The notes under the pieces are model-generated. The model ran no database searches. It was not told the DNA's origin and saw only the letters and a program-made list of their open reading frames with translations. From the NCBI RefSeq assembly GCF_006345805.1, contig NC_043014.1, positions 46,500,001 through 46,564,000 on the forward strand: a stretch of DNA of 64,000 nt. Direction: 5' to 3'. The DNA is from Octopus sinensis (taxonomy: Eukaryota). Every line of letters starts with the position of its first letter. Within the stretch, counting starts at the first letter, position 1. Made by a program: the position numbers and the translations under genes. Positions 13,921-64,000 of the stretch are shown piece after piece.

Positions 13921-15790
13921 ATACACATACTCATGTCTGTGTAAATGTATTATTTGTATCATTTTCTTCTTGCATGTTATTCTGTAGATTTTTTTTTTGT
14001 TTTTGTTGCCAGCCAATGTATCTTTTGAAAATAACTGATTTATTTATCAAATGTCTCAAATTAATATCCAAGTTCTTATTATCGAACACTTGATTTTTAA
14101 TCCTAATCTATTTCATTAATATTCTTCCCTTATTTACAAAAGCTATAGGGAGAGATATAATTTTTTTTTTGTAAAATTAAATAAGAAAATTTATCCAGAT
14201 TTTAATTCCTAGCTAGAACTCTTTTATTCTAATCCAAAATGCTTTAGCAAGTTTCCTTCAAATGTGGGTCCCTCAGTTATGTGATTTTGACCCCATATTT
14301 GCATCAGTGATCTAAAATCTTGGTTTTGCTTCAATTCCACAATTGTTGAGTTGATGTTCTTGTGAGGGACCACTGGACCCTTTTCTCACCTCAAATCTCT
14401 TCTACAGGTGATGGCCTTGCATCAGTTTCGAAGAAACATTAACAGCATCTGGCTCACCTGTCTCAGAGGGCCAGCAAAAGTTATGGGCACTGCTCCTTTC
14501 TCCAGACTTGGCAAATGGAGAAAGAAAGAAAAAAAAAAGAATCAGTATCAGTAGTCCCCAATTTTCAGGATTCTCCTACCCCCTAAAATGGTGAAATGGA
14601 GTCATTGGCTCCAATTATATAACCAAAGTTTTTCAGAGTATTTCTGATTTCACCTTAATGACTGAATATAATTCTAGTGCCTCTTATTTTTAGAAATCAA
14701 ACTCTGTCTCAGAGTTAGATCTCTGCTATTTTAAAATAATAATGTATATAGGTGCAGGTGTGGCCGTGTGGTAAGAAACCTGCTTCCCAACCACATGGTT
14801 CCAGGTTCAGTCCCATTGTGTGGCACCTTGGCAAGTGTCTTTTACTATAGCCTCTGGCCGACCAAAGCCTTGTGAGTGGATTTGGTAGACAGAAAGTGAA
14901 GCCCGTCATATTTTATTTCTTTGTTTGCCCACAGGGAGCTAAGCATAGAGGGGACAAACAAGGACAGACAAAGGGATTAAGTCAATTACATTGACCTCAG
15001 TGTGTAACTGGTACTTATTTAATCGACCCTGCAAGGATGAAAGGCAAAGTTGACGTTGGTGGAATTTGAACTCAGAATGTAACGGCAGATGAAATACCGC
15101 TAAGCATAGTAGTAAAGAAACAGTTATTTTGTCTGCTGTTACGTTCTGAGTTCAAATTCCGCCGAGATCAACTTTGCCTTTCATCCTTTCGGAGTTGATA
15201 AATAAAGTACTAGTTACGCAATGGGGTCGATATAATCGACTTAATCCGTTTGTCTGTCCTTGTTTGTCCTCTCTGTGTTTAGCCCTTTGTGGGTAGTAAA
15301 GAAATAGGTATTTCGTCTGTCTTTACGTTCTGAGTTCAAATTCCGCCAAGGTCAACTTTACATTTCATCCTTTCGGAGTCGATAAATAAAGTACCAGTTA
15401 CGCACTGGGGTCAATGTAATCGACTTAATCCATTTGTCTGTCCTTGTTTGTCCCCTCTATGTTTAACCCCCTGTGGGCAGTAAAGAAATTGACGATACAT
15501 TAGTAGCTGGTGTCATTGACTTCTGTCTCTACAAAAATGAGACTTCAGTTTCTAGATAGTAATTAATAATCTGGATAAATATATAGTTTAACCAATCAGT
15601 TGTAATGAATTGTAATTATTCTACTCCATATGCTAAATAAATATTCTGTTCTATTCCATATTATTAAATAACTATACTCTTTCATGTTCTTCAATGCAAT
15701 ATCTGTTTACTACATGTTTACTACATGTTTACTACTGGTTCTTCTTCTTACTAATGGACTGTTTTCTTTGTTGCGGGTCCTCGCTTTTAG

Positions 15791-62591
<46,801 letters not shown>

Positions 62592-62948
62592 GTAAGTAAA
62601 TAAGAGATGATGCAAGATTATCTGTTTTATAGCTTCTCTTTTTTTTTAATAAATCTGTTGTTTCTTGTTTTAACCTTTAGCGTTCGGATACTCTGTCAAA
62701 CGTAATGCTTATTGGTTTGCAGTGTTTTGAATCATGAATTATCTTGTAGCTTCAAGATTTTGATAATGTGATTGTTTACTTTTAGAATGACACTGTGTAG
62801 GATAGATGTGAGAGGCCAGAGCTGGCCAATTTGAACATAAAATGGGTAGAATACCTGGACCTGATATCTGATACCTGGTCTAAATGCTAAGTGGTTAAAC
62901 AGTTCATTATTTACATTAGACAGATATTTGTCCTCATCTTGTTTGTTG

Positions 62949-63441
62949 TTAACCCTTTTAATACCAACCCAGCTGAAACTACTTCTGGCTCTGTAGTACA
63001 AATGTCTTGTTTTCATAAGTTTTGAATAAAAATCTTCCACCAAACCTTAGTCACAATTTATGTTCCTAACACTAGCTTAATAATAACCAAGTTAGTTTAC
63101 TAAATTCTTTGTTATATTTAAAATAAATTGAAAGAAACACAGAGCATCTCCAAATAAATACAGTAACGAATGGATTAAATATATAATAGAGAAACAATTC
63201 TTAACCCTTTTGATACCAACCCAGCTGAAACCGGCTCTGGCTCTGTAGTACAAATGTCTTGTTTTCATAAGTTTTGAATTAAAATCTTCCACCACTCTTT
63301 AGTCACAATTTATTTTCCTAATACTAGCCTAATGATAACTAAGTTATTGTACCAAATTCTTTATTATATTTATTATATTTATTATATTAAATGAAAGAAA
63401 CACAGAGCATCTCAACAGAAATACAGTAATGAAAGGGTTAA
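62949..63441. mobile_element. Tandem pair of the piggyBac-like MITE
   Basis: Two units with the same spacer as at 44720-44742. Confidence 0.85.
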
Positions 63442-64000
63442 TGTGTTAACAACAAAGAAGATGACAAATATCCATCAAATGTAAATAATGTACACAATTC
63501 CTCATCTCAGATATAGAAACTGGTTAAACAGTTGTTACTTATCATAACACTACTTCAGCTTTTGTTGCAATTAAGTACACTGTATGGTTGAATTCAATTA
63601 TATTTCTCCAGTTGCATTCGGCATCTTCTGGCAGAAACGTTAGCACGCCGGGCAAAATGCTTAGCAGTATTTCGTCTGCCGTTACGTTCTGAGTTCAAAT
63701 TCCGCCGAAGTCGACTTTGCCTTTCATCCTTTCGGGGTCGATAAATTAAGTACCAGTCACGCACTGGGGTCGATGTAGTCGACTTAATCCGTTTGTTCTT
63801 GTTTGTCCCCTCTGTGTTTAGCCCCTTGTGGGCAATAAATAAATAGGTATTTCGTCTGCTGTTACGGTCTGAGTTCAAATTCCGCTGAGGTCGACTTTGC
63901 CTTTCATCCTTTCGGGGTCGATAAATTAAGTACCAGTTACGCACTGGGGTCGATGTAATCGATTTAATCCGGTTGTCTCTCCTTGTTTGTCCCCTCTGTG

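Noticed and set aside
14408-14560. Strong acceptor (TCTTCTACAG|G) as a Piezo exon
   Set aside because: The phase-compatible frame stops after 10 codons, no convincing donor, no Piezo similarity.

Overview
AT-rich (microsatellite- and SINE-dense) animal genomic DNA, most likely octopus/coleoid cephalopod (inferred from the repeat landscape, not verified). The window lies inside one + strand gene, a PIEZO mechanosensitive channel. I reconstructed by hand 19 GT-AG exons between 15791 and 62591 (2609 nt, about 870 aa) that splice in one uninterrupted frame and cover blade transmembrane units through the beam. Both the N- and C-terminus lie outside what I could assign. Introns contain at least four SINE-like families, CR1 and RTE LINE fragments, non-autonomous Helitrons, TTAA piggyBac-like MITEs, mariner remnants, minisatellites and long microsatellites. 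Most notable: (1) a 372-bp near-perfect palindrome (45670-46041) that encodes a type I hammerhead ribozyme motif on both strands, plus three other inverted-repeat elements with full or broken hammerhead motifs; every sense-strand copy appears disabled or self-masked. (2) A duplicated Piezo splice acceptor plus exon start that runs into a 26-bp minisatellite and a stop codon. (3) Helitron 5' ends 10-34 nt downstream of Piezo splice donors. (4) A 21:2 sense bias of one SINE family that carries splice-site-like motifs. (5) Several adjacent inverted repeat pairs that are candidate ADAR substrates. Exon and hammerhead coordinates were counted base by base; repeat boundaries are approximate. No database searches were run.
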